A stretch of 64,000 nt of DNA from Vicugna vicugna (lineage: Eukaryota), in the NCBI GenBank assembly GCA_013265495.1, contig MU058687.1:3102001-3166000 (forward strand), written 5' to 3'. The position numbers and the translations under genes are program-made. This document shows, in pieces, positions 1-12,900 of the stretch. How positions within the stretch are numbered: position 1 is the first letter of the stretch; each line of letters starts with the position of its first letter. The notes under the pieces are model-generated. The model ran no database searches and was not told the origin of the DNA. It saw nothing but the letters and a program-made list of their open reading frames with translations.

Positions 1-530
1 TCAGTAGCTGGTAACATTAAAATTAAGGATTGCATTGACAATTCTAAATGTGAAACCTGGAAATGTCACATGAGGAATGACTAAAATAACTATTACCACT
101 GAAACTGAAGTAAAGTCTATTGGGTTAACTCCATACCTGTCCTGAAATATACAGGGAAGCAAGTTTCAGCTCAATATTAGGAAGCACTTTTCAACACTGA
201 AGGTTGTCTGACAGTAAAATAAGTTACTTCCAAGAGTAGTGTGTACCCATCACTGGAAGAATAATATGTGAGGCTGGTTTTTACAGGGACTTAAATTCTA
301 GATGAGAGCTGGGCTCAATCAGTGGTTCTTGGACTGTGGGGTTTCTAGAACAGTAACACTGAAAATGATACATAAAGTAAAATGTTACTGACCTTTAATT
401 TTAATACATAAGGTCATACAAAAAGATTACAACTTATTTTTCTACCAAACAAGGCAGGGGGAAGGAAAAATGTTCCAAAATAAAAGTCAGTCTTTCAAAT
501 TAAATAAATTTAGCTTTAGAAAAAAACTCT

Positions 531-700
531 CGGAGGGGGAGGGTATAGATCAGTGGTTGAGTGCAGGCTTAGCATGCACGAGGTCCTGAGTTCAATCTCC
601 ACTACCTCCATTAAAAAAATAAGTAAGTAACCCTAATTACCTACTCTGCCCCAAAAATAAATAAACTATTTAAAAAATAAATAAACGAAGTGGGGGGAAA
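531..700 (+). mobile_element. tRNA-derived SINE (camelid Vic-1-like)
   Basis: ggggagggtatag.tcagtgg head with A and B boxes, A-rich tail, 13-bp TSD agaaaaaaactct (518-530 and 701-713). Confidence 0.85.
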
Positions 701-911
701 AGAAAAAAACTCTGTACATTATTTTTCTCAATTTACCACCAGTCAGTGAAAACTCCTTGGGGGACTCTAGGAACCACTGAATGGAACTATCTTTTTAATG
801 ACATTTACATGATCCATTGTTAGCTTTTCTCTTCAACTATTTATCCATTCCATCCTTTTTTAGTCTCTGTGAAAGAGTATTTATACTTAAAAACATTTCT
901 CCCCCGCTTAC

Positions 912-985
912 CCAATGCAGGTCTTAAGAAATTCTTTCCGTTTATCAGGGTCCTGAATGTTCAAGTGCTCTCGATAATGGGACAG
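912..985 (-). CDS. VIPAS39: VIPAS39 coding exon 11 (74 nt)
   Basis: [24 protein letters not shown](G); cag/gtaagc boundaries. Confidence 0.92.
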
Positions 986-3900
986 CTGCAAAAAACAAGA
1001 GAAAGGCTTTGAGCTGCTACTTCTCCTTAAAAAGGTGAGGTAGCTCTGTAAGTAGATTTTTCATGCTTAAAAACTAAATTCTTCATTGTCAGAGATTCCT
1101 CTGGGAGTAGATGGGGGGAAGAGGGCAAGGAGTCATTCAAAATTATTATCCATAACGGCAATATCCAATATAGTACCCACTAGCCACATTTGGTTGTCTA
1201 TATTTAAATTTAGTTAAACTAAAAATGCAGGTCCTTAGTTGAATTAGTCACTTTTTAAGTGCTCGATAGCTGCATGTGGCTAGCAGCTGTCACATCAGAC
1301 AGCACAGACACAGAATACTGCCGTCACTGTAGGCCCTCTCCTGGACAGTGCTGACCTATAATGAAGCACCAAGTGGACAGAGCACCAAGCTTTTTTCTGA
1401 AGTTTGGCTTTGGCTTCAGTATTCAACCAAAACCAGATTTTGCTTCAGCCTTAGCCTTTGAAAGGCCCAAGAATGGAATGACGACTTCAACATTAGCCTT
1501 GGCATCCTTGCCCTCATACGTGATCAACGGTAGCCTGATCCTGCAAATACCTAACAATTAACAATGTAGGTAACATGAATAGGGAGTGGCATGCTGATTC
1601 ACTGCTGATAGCTAAATACAGCATTCACATGCAAAGACTACAGGTTCTACCTGCAACTCTAAAAGAAAAATTCCTTAGATGCTTTCTATTCTGAAATTCT
1701 AAGAAATGAGCTGAAGTTTAAATGTCTATTTGTTATTACAAAGATTAAATGAAGCAATAATGAATGATTGTGAAAGCTGCAATTTTAGATACAATCATTA
1801 AAAAAAAGTAGACAGTGGGGAGGGTATAGCTCAGTGGTAGAGCACATGCTTAGCATGCAGGAGGTCCTGGGTTCAATCCCCAGCACCTCCATTATAAATA
1901 CATACATACATACATACATACATAACGCCCTCCCCCAAAAAAACAGTTAATACGAATATTAAGAGAATTAAATGACTTTAGGAAGAACAGTATATCCTTT
2001 TAGAAACAACAGATGTGTATAAAAATGTAAATAAGGATGTAAAACAGAATAACAAATTATATCATAATCTAATCTATGAAATATTTGTTATATAATCATT
2101 CCTAATATTAAAGGAAATAACCTTTAAAAGCTACAGTTAATTTTTATTATTCAATTCCATTTTGGCCTTATGTCTTTCAAGAGAAAGTCTTAGGAAATCT
2201 TCATACTCTATAAGAATAAACTAAAAGCAGACTAACAGCGTTGCCAATTTCAAAGTTTACAAGGTTGAGAGACTTCAAATTTATATACAACAGCATGCAT
2301 GATAAATCATATTCAATTCAAACATAACAGAGAATTTAAAGAAAATAAGAAAGTTTTCGGTAAAAATGAATCACCCTAAATGCATTAACTTCAACTAATC
2401 AAACTTACAACTTTTTAGAATGCTGTATGAAGAAAATCCCTTATAGTTTTGAATTCATGGAGATTAAAAATGTAAACAAAAAGCTTTTCAAGATGATTAG
2501 TACAGACTCCTAATTATTTTGAATAGATTAAGGTTTTTGAGATTTTCCCACGCCTTGAACATTAGTAAAAGTTCCTTTACAAAATGTTAATGAAAAACAT
2601 CTTCCTGAATTATATTCTTCTGTGCAAAGAAGGTTAACAACATTATCAAGTGTGCCAGCTGGGATGTGAGCATCAGTGTTACCACCACCATGTGGTACAG
2701 CAACTAAAGCAACAATTCTGACTTTGATGGCACCGAGAAATTCTTACCCCTGCATTATAATGTCCAACTTTTTAAATGGATCACTGATGTTTTAATAATA
2801 CAATTACTTTTTTAGTAAAATTTCAGATTTATTCCTATACTCCAGGAGTTTCTTCTATAATGGTGAAAATCTGCCCCAAATCAATTTTAACACTTAGTCA
2901 TTGAGCTTTCAGCCAAAATGCGCACTGAGTGCACCAGCAGCTCGACTTGTCTTCCTTCTTGACCTCTACCTGGTTTCTTACCCGTCTTTGCTTTCAATGT
3001 TGTCTTTAGTATTCGAAGCTAAAACCCCAAAGCTCCTACAAACCAGGAATTGAAAGCAACTAAAGATAAATTCCAAATTGACCAGGCCAGTTTTCATTTG
3101 GTTAATTTGAGAAAAAATGTATTTCTCAGCCCAACTGAAAGAGCATAAAAAGAAATAAAACAGTACATCGTTTTGATTAAGTTTTCAGGCTTCCCAGATG
3201 CCTCTCTTCTGGATATAATCAATACCAAAGGAAAGGAAACACTCAATCAACTTGGGATCTCAGAGGCTGGGTTTTGGCTTAAGACTTTTGTTAAAGAGGC
3301 CCCCAACTGAAACAAAGGCCACACTTACCGCAAGCTCTTCTGTTCTATCTAGGAACCTGGGAAGAAGCAGAAGGGAGCAGGGCATTTTTATCTATTGATG
3401 CGTGGCAGTAGCACCTCACAAAATAGGATGACTGCTCTAGAAGAAACACAATTCAAACTCATTGCCTCCATACACAAAATAAGCCCTTCTCTTCCTAAAC
3501 TTTCCACCACCAGCAGTCCCTTGAGAACATCTGGAGGATCAGGTATCAGCATCCCCCCGATTTCTCTAGCTGAGTGAAAAGCAAGGACAAGAAGACATTG
3601 CAGGGCACTAAGAACTCTGTAATGTTAACAGGTCTGACAGAAAGGCTCAGCGCCTCCACCAAACCTCAGCCCACACCAATCTTCTAGGATTTTTTAAAAG
3701 ATGAAAACACTCTGTCAGTACAATCTTAGAAACAGACTGTCTATATTGTCCTCTGTTGTTTTCATGTACATCGTACAGTGTGTTTTGTCTTTCCCAAAAG
3801 GTGGTATGGCCTTGGAGAACAAAGACTTTTGTCTTCTGATTCCTTCTTACCCTGAATGGAAGTAACATCACTAGTTTGGTATAGAGGCAGTATATAATAA

Positions 3901-6900
3901 AGCCTTGCTGAATGGGAGGGAGGGAGGGAGGAAGGGGAGGGAGGGAGGAAAAAAGGAAGGAAGGGAGGGTGGGGTGGGGGGAACAGCCTGCCTCAATGAA
4001 CATGTCTTCTACAAATTCCTAGCTAACCATCAGTAATCTTGACACTGACTGACCAGGTGACTTGCTTTCTCCACCTTAGTCTTTGAGGCAGGTCATCACT
4101 GTGCTGGGTCACTGGGTAAATGGAGTTACCTTGAGCCACATGTCAGCCTAAACAGAGGTTCCAACCCCTTCCCTGACATTGAAGAAAGGACATAATAGAC
4201 ATACATTTTAATCTAAGGGTAGGAAATAGTCCCTGCTGATTGAAATGATGTAGGGAAGGAAAACATGGTAGAAGACAGTCACCCCTCCTCCCCAGCCCCC
4301 ACCACCACCTCCGGCCCCCAGCGGATATGCCTACCTTTTGCCTTTCTACCTATCAGAACCCTACCGAGTCTCAACTCCTACCCACTTCCATGAGGCTCTC
4401 CTCAGATATCCTGACAGAAAATTATATTTACTTCTGTTCTTCCACTGTACTCACTGGCATCACTGGGGATCAAGTAATTAAAGATTCCTTCATTTTAGGT
4501 CTTTTGTAAGAAAATACTTAATAAATATTAATACTACAGACCAGACATTATGTCTAATGCTTACACACAGAAACTCTTAATCTTCATAATGACCCTGTGG
4601 GGCAGGTATCATCATCTTCATTTTACAGATGTGGCAACTGATGCTTGGAGAGATTGGGTAACTTGCTCAAGGTCACTCTATCAACTAAGTGGTGGAGTCA
4701 ATATTCAATGCAGGGGCTTGACTTCAGAGTCTGGTTCTTAGCCACCTGCTACATGTCACTATGTCATAGGCTGTGGTGCATTACTAGCTATCCCATCACG
4801 TTTCAGTATCTTGTCTAGTAAGTGTTTCCAGAAAAAAAGAATAGTGTCTTCTCTTTCTTTGTATTATTGCCCAGAGTGCTTTGAACAAAGTACGTAATAC
4901 ACTTCATAGACCAGATGATCGGTTCTTACCTAAAGAGGTCTAAAAGCAGCTTTTGATCCCCAATTTCCTTAAGGAAGTGAATGAGATGTCTCAGGGCAAC
5001 CTGTCGCACCTCCAGCTCTCGGAAGAGGATCTCTGCCAGGTAGGAAGAAGAAGTTAGATGGGGAAAGTTTAAACCTACTACTCAATAGGAAACTGGTCTC
5101 CCCACTCACACGTTTCAAACATTATCTCTTCAAAGTCCACCAGAAGCTTGGAATGTTTTTTTTATGGTGCCCATTCTTATGGCTCAATCCACCAGCAACA
5201 CACTCCATGGTCCAGGACAACACTTAGCCTTCAAATTAGCTTTCAGTCCTCACCAACCCAAACAGCAGACACTCAGCATACACTCTTGACTTCCTCAAAC
5301 CAACACAGCCATCCATCTGTCCAATATATGGAGGGGGCTTTGTAGTTCCTGTAGTTATCACCCTAAGGGATGAACAACTGCTCACAAAGTTGTGATGTGT
5401 ACTCAGGAGTCTCAGGCCACCCCAGCCATCTCTAAAGTAGACTTGATGCTGGTGAACTCCTATATGAAAGCCACAATGCCATTCTCCCTTCAAATATAGC
5501 AGACATCTTACTAACTGAAGATTTCCCTCAAACCATGCTCACCTTTGCTCAGGGTCTTCTTCAGAAAGATCAGAACCTAGAGGAAAACAAAACAAAGAAT
5601 GAATTATCTTATGTAATCTTCCAGATGCAAAGCCCTGCCTGAGCACCTGATATCTACAAATGAGGTCAGCAACCCATAGGAATTTTTGCAGATCCAGACA
5701 CAGATTTCTCTAAGTGATGGGAGGACAAGTCATGGACATCTGGACTGAGCTGTGTTTTGGGAGTCCACATACCTGTGCCTATACTGGTGATTCCATGTAC
5801 CCACTACTACAATCCCTCTGGGAGAGACTGCTCTCACATCCCTTCTTCCTCAGATTGTTTTTTAAAACACAGCGTAGCCAACCTACTGTTTCTGGGTTAT
5901 AATCAATAGTGTCGCACACAATGCGTGTCCTGCCTTGTGCTGAGCCTTGGAACACAATGAGAATCCTCCACTTTGAGAGGAAATCCAGGGTCTTTACTTG
6001 ACATTTAACCTAAAATGTTCAAGTCCATCCAGACTGGACTTCCAAAAACTAATGAAAACAATAATTAAACAAAGAACAAATAAAACCCACAACTCACTGC
6101 AGTAATGACATTTCCGTCATGCATGCTCACTGCTTCTTCTAGGAGCTGTAGCTTGTCCTGTAAGGAGCGGAATCTTTCCAGTGAGCAGACCTGGCAGAAT
6201 AAGAACGGAATTAGTGTGCAAGGAAAAAGATCATTTCCTATATTCCTTTGTTACTAGATACTGAAGAATAGGCAAGAATGAACAGAAATGTCCCCAGGGA
6301 GAGCCTCTTTATTTTTACACTATAGTCCCCAGCATTCTATGAGCCAGGAGGTTCCCACCACACCCTCCCTAGTTCAATCTGATGCCCTGGAAGATGCTAA
6401 TGTCCTGATGAAGTCATGCCAAAGTCAACGGGTAGAGAGGTCACTTGTTTTCTTTTTAATGAGGTATAATTTACATACAATAAAATGTATCCTATTTAAG
6501 CATACAGTTCAGTGAGTTTTGACAAGTATATAATTCCATGTACCTACTACTACAATCAAGATACAGAACATTTTCATCACCCCAAAAAGTTTCTTTGTCC
6601 CCTGTGATGTCAATACCCTCTCCCATCCCCTAACAACCACTCATCTGTTTTCAGTCACTAAAAGTTTGCCTCTTCTAGAATTTCAGAAAAACAGAATCAT
6701 ACAATACGTACTCTTATATCTGGCTTCTTATATCACTCAAAATAAAGTTTCTGAGATGATTCTGTGTTGTGGTGAGTATTAGTTGTTTGTTCCTATTCAA
6801 TGGTGAGTGGTTTTCTACTACATGGACATACCACAATCTATCCATTTACCTACTGATGGATATCTGGGTTATTTCCACTTTGGGAGCTATAATAAATAAA

Positions 6901-9900
6901 GTAGCTATGAACATCTGTCTAAGTCTTTATATGGACACATGTTTTCAATACTCCTGGACTGTAAATGTCTAGGAGTGAAATTCAATGTATGTTTAATTTG
7001 GTAAGAAACTGCCAGACTACTTTTCAAAATACTTTTACTATTTCACCTTCCTGCTTGCAATATATGAGAGTTCCAGTTCCTCTATATCCTCCCACTGCTT
7101 GATATGATCAGTATTTTTAAATTTGGCCATTATAGTGGCTGTATAGTGGTATCTCAGTTTTCTTTCACATTTTCTTGATAACTGATGATGTTAAGCATCT
7201 TTTCAAGTGCTTATTGGCATTCATGTATTTTTTTGTGATATAAATGGTCAAATCTTGAGCCAATAAAAAAATTTTATTTGTTTATTTTGGGGGAGTTACT
7301 AGGTTTATTTATTTATTTTAATGGAGGTACTGGGGATCAAACCCAGGACCTCACGCTTTGCATGAACTTACTCTACCACTGAGCTTTGAGACAATTTTTT
7401 AATTGAATTGTTTTATCTTCCTACTATTGAAGATAACTCATTACTTTTTATATACGTATTCTGGATAAAATCATTTACAACATATGTATTCTATAAATAT
7501 TTTCTCCCAGCTATGGTCTTTTCATGTTTTCAACAGTGTTTCCAAAGAACAAAACTTTTTCATTTTGGTGAAGTTCATTTTATCAATTTTTTTCTTTTTT
7601 GTTTCCTGTTTTTTGTGTCCTTAGGTAATTAGTCTTTGCCTAACCCAAGAGCACAAAGATTCTCACCTAAATTTTCTTCTAGTTTTATAGTTTTAGCACT
7701 TATTTTATATCTAGGTCTATGATCCATTTTGATCCCTTAATTATTATGATGTCAATTCTCCCAAAATTGATCTATAGATTCAGTGCAATCCCAATCAAAA
7801 TCCCAGCAGCTCTTCTGAAGACACAGATAAGCTGATACTAAAGTCTACATGAAAATACATAGGGTCTAGAATAGTCAGAATAATTTTGGAAGAGAAGAAT
7901 AAAGTTGAAGAACTTATACTACCTGATTTCAAGATTTACCACAAAGCTATAATAATCAAGGTCTTAATAATGGCATAAGGTTAGACAAATCGATGAATTA
8001 GAATAGAGTCAAAAAATGAACCTACACCTACATGGTCAATTCATTTTTGACAAAGGCACCAAAGAAATCCGATGGGGAAAGGAAAGTCTTTTCACCAACA
8101 GTGCTGGAACAAATGGAGAACTATATGGAAAAGAAATGAACCTCAATCTTGACCTCACACCATATACAAAAGTTAACTCACAATGTATCACAGACCTAAA
8201 CATTAAAGATCACTCTCACACTTTTTCAAAAAATTATTTTATTTATTTGTATTGTTTTGGGGGGAGGTAATTAGGTTTGTTTGTTTGTTTGTTTATTTTA
8301 ATGGAGGTACTGGCGATTGAACCCAGGACCTTGTGTATGATAAGTACACACACTCTACCACTGAGCTATACCCTCCCCCCATTCTCACTCTTAAAAGCAC
8401 TACTTTTTCCTCTCATTCATCATTCTTTTCCCAATTCCCCATTAAAGTAATAGTAAACCTTGGAGAATCAGAAATTCTGCAGCTGACCTGCAGTCTTAGT
8501 GGGCTGATTTTCCTCCTGGAAACCATTTAACAAATAGAACTGAAGAGTAAGGCCAAGCTGCCCAGCTTCCAAAAAACCCCACAAGAATTCTCTCCCTAGT
8601 GGCCTTACCTTGCCCTTCCGGAGGCGTCGCACTGTGTCACTGGGGCTCCAATCATTGCTGTAATCCTGAAATATTAGTAGCATATGAATCCCAGGAAGTT
8701 AAGGGTCAGAATTATCAGTGTGCCAGCTCCACCTCAAACTCACAGTCTTGGTCACTACAGGGGAAATATTTTGTGGAAGGAAATGGATGGGGGAAAAAAA
8801 AAAAAGAACTGGGATGATCTTGTCCTGAATTTTGGACGGAACTAGAACAGAGACAATACAAGCAGGAGGAGTTGGATCAAAGAGGGAATGGACTAACTGC
8901 CAAAACCAGCAACCTTACGAATAAGTGGTTAAGGATTTCAACCCCTATATGCAATTAGTCACATCTGGGGACTCTAATTAATGTCTTTGCCAACAGAAGG
9001 AAAGAAAAAGACATGTTCCTTTTTTGGACCTTATGACATAGTTTCTTCCTTTTGAACCAATTTGCTTTTTTATGTACTTCATGGGGATTTTAGCTCCACC
9101 AAGCCTCCAGACCACAGTGATGATCAAAAGTTTCAAAGTACAACCTAAAAAAGGCAGCATAATGGGTAAGTAAAGTATTCCAGGACTGAACCATAAAATA
9201 GAGATTATGAGTCCTAGTTCTACCATTTAACTAGCTGTGAGACCCCAGGCAAGCTCTAATGTTTAGAAATCTACTTTTTGTATCTATAAAAGGGGTTTAA
9301 AATAAGATCTGCTCAAAAAGTTTGGAAAATTAAGCAAGACATGTCAAAGCACGCAAGACTGTGAAAGTGTCATACCAGTGTAAGATGTAACTCACCCTAT
9401 ATTCCCCCTTGGGTCTCCCCAGCTCTGGAGCATAGCTCTTGGCAGGTGTGTCCGACAGAGCTGAGAAAGAACAGGCAACTGGTTCAGAAGGACACCTTCT
9501 TCCTGCCATTCCTTTCCTCTACTGTTTCCTTCTCAGATACATTTTTTTTAACTTTGGGCTCCCAAGGCATCTTTATGGCTCTAAGTAGACCCCAGTTTTT
9601 TCCCAAAGACAGCATCCCCAGAAGTTACCCCTTGCCCCCATAGCCAGAACGATCTTGACGTCTTTATTCAGCATCAGAAAATTTCTCTAATAATAATTGT
9701 AGGTTCAGAAGCAATTTCATCTTCTCATCCAATTATCACTTGTCTCCAAGACTGTATCCCAGGTCAGTAACATTTCCCACAGTAATCAAGAGAAAAGGGT
9801 CAATGCCTACCATCAGAGAGGGACTGGAAACTTCCAGGTCTAGTTCTCCCTGAAGGTAAAGAATATATAAGGTCAACAGTTCAAGTCAGAGCCATTCAGA

Positions 9901-12900
9901 CTTGGTTAAGGATGCAGTGCATATAGAAACTTTTCATGCAATATGGAAACTTAAGGCTTAAAAAAGCTTTTATTCAATTTCAGAAATTTAAGGTGCCATG
10001 AAAAAAAAAAAGGCATGGAGGAACATTTAAAAATTTGTAGTAAAATATCCATAACATAAACTTTACCATTTTTAAGTATACAGTTCAGTGGCACAGAGTA
10101 CATTCACATCGTACAGTCATCACTACTATCCATCTCCAGATCTTTCTCACCATCCCAAACTAAGGCTTCGTACCCATTAAACGGTAACTCCTATTCCTCC
10201 TTACCCCCATCCCCTAGTGACCACTATTCTACTTTCTAACTCTATGAACCTGACTATTCTAGGTATGTTATAGAAATGGAGTCATATAGTATTTGTCCTT
10301 GTACCTGGCTTACTTCAGTTAGTCCTCAAGGTTCATTCATGTTGCAGCTTGTATCAGAATTTCCATCCTTTTTAAGGCTGAATAATATTTCATTACACAT
10401 ACATGCCACATTTGCTTATCCATTCATCAATGGACATTTAGGTTGTTTCCAAATTTTGGCTACTCTGAGTAGTGCTATTATGAACACTGGTGTATAAATA
10501 CCTGTGAAAGTCCCTGCTTTGCATTCTTTTTGGTATACATCTAGAAGTGGATTGCTGGATCATATGGTAATTCTATGTTTAATTTTTTGAGGAACTGTCA
10601 AACTGTCTTCCATAGTCACTGTACCATTTTACATTCCCTCCAGCAGTGCACAAGGATTCCCAACAGAAATGCACAGGAGTAGGGAGGAACCTTGACCTAG
10701 GCAAATTTCTTTAGTACCTGTCACAGAGTTAATGTCAATTTTGTTCAAGATGTTCTAGAAACCCAATCCAACCCTTCTGGATTTCCTTCATTTCTCTCCT
10801 TAATCCCCAACTGCCAGCTCCAAAGATAATTCTTTATCCATCAATAATCTTTTTCTTACAGAGTATATGAAAATTATAGCCTCAGTGGTTTTTTGAAAAA
10901 AAGAGGACTCCCTGTCCCTTTAACCATCACCCTTTACCTCTAAAAAAGCTGCTCAGGGAGTAGGTAGAAGCAGGTTTAGGTAGCTGTGCATAGGAGAAGC
11001 TGTTTCGGCTCTTTAACTGTTCACGCTCATGGTTTGACCCACTATTACCAGCAGTCTCTTTGATGGACCATGAGATACCTGCAAGGTAGTAAGAACTAAA
11101 TCAGTCATTCTCATCCAAAACAATGCCGTGACACCAGCATTCCAATCAACTCTAAAAGCTTTTCATCAGAGGCCTTGGTCCTTTATCTACATGGACTTCA
11201 AAAATTGGGGCAGGGAGAAAGGAGAGAGTCAAATTGACTAATCAACAAAAAAAAGGGGCAAAGGAAATGAATAAATAGAAAAGGAAATACAAGTGGCTAT
11301 TAAACATATGAAAAGATGTTCAACCTCACTCTCATTTATTTATTTATTTATTTTGGTAGAGGGAGGTAATTAGATTTATTTATTTATTTTTTTAGAAGAG
11401 GTATGGAGATTGAAACCAGGACCTTATGCATGTTAAGCATGCAGTCTACCACTTGAGCTATACCTTCCCCCTCAACCTCACTCTTAATAAGAGCATTACA
11501 CAAATTAAAAGTACACTGAGATACCACTGAGCCCGTGTAAGATAGGCAAAGATCCAGAAGTTCGATAATACCCTGTGTTGCCAAGGCTGTGGGGAAATAG
11601 GAACACTCTGACATTGCTGGTGGGAGTGAAAAGTGGTGCAGCCCCGGTGGGGCAATTTGGCAATATCTAACCAATACAGACACAAATGCCCTCTGCCAGT
11701 AATTCCACTCTAGGAATTGATCTTTCATATACTCTAACATGAGCAGAATACAAGGTTATTGACATCAATACAAACAGCAAAAGATTAAAAACACTCTGAA
11801 GTTCATCAACAGTAGACTGGTTAAATAAATTATGATAAAGCCGTACAATGTACACTATACTGCAATTAAAAAAAAAAGGGAGAGACAGCATGAGAAAGCT
11901 CTTTAGGTACTGATATGGAAAAAAACCTCTGAGCTATATTGTCAAGTAAAAAGAGCAGGGTATAAAGTATTCTACCATTGGTGTAAAAAAAGGGGGTAAG
12001 AATATATATTCCTATAAGCATTTCCAAATGTGAAAAGAATCTTTAGATGAATACAGAGGAAGCAAACAACTGCAACTGTTTTGGGGAAGGGTGAGGTCTG
12101 AGAACTGAGTAGACGCATGACAGTGTGGGAGGGAAACTTTTCACTGTATGCCTTAAATACTTTTTAATTTTTAAATCATGTGACGGTATTTCCTATTAAA
12201 AAAAAAAAAACAACCTTTAGAAACACGCTCAAAAATCAGATGGGCTCCACAAAGGTGTTAAGCAGTTATTATATAACAGCAAGGCAGCAAGACTCGGTGG
12301 CTAAGGAAGTCAGTTCTGCCAGCCAGTTATAAGCACTTAAGTCAGCAGTTCCCAAAAAAAAGTTCATATCAGAAGCACCTGCAGTGCTTACTACATATTG
12401 TGACTGCCCTCCCCTGCGCCAACCCCACCACCATCCCCAGGACCTACTGAAGCAGAGTCTCTGCAGTGAAGCCTAGAAATCTAATTTTAACAAGCCCCCC
12501 AGATAAGTCTGAAATAGCCAGCCAAGCATTAGCCCTAGGACAGCAGACTGTATGAAAACTACTGCTGTATTTTCCCAAGCATCTTCTACATTAAATTTCC
12601 AGGTATGAAAATAGTATAACCTCATTTCCTTTCCTAGCAAGTATTGAGGAGCCTTTGCTAGTGATAAGAACCCTGAATATCAATCCCCTCCTAGGGCCTC
12701 TTCTACTTACTTCCCACAGGTTCCCCACTCCAGCTGACCCTCTCCAGGTCGTCATCATCATCATCATCCACGAAGTCTCGAAGGCTATTCACTGCTCGCT
12801 TGGATTCCTTTAACTGCAAACAGACAGAGGCAGAGCACTCAGGCAATCACCACTTCCCACTTGGCTCTCTGACAGCCAAGAAGGCTGAGCAATCGGGACT

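Noticed and set aside
1817..1891. tRNA-like sequence with A and B boxes as a real tRNA gene
   Set aside because: It continues into a SINE tail and has four diverged siblings in the window, so it is a SINE head.
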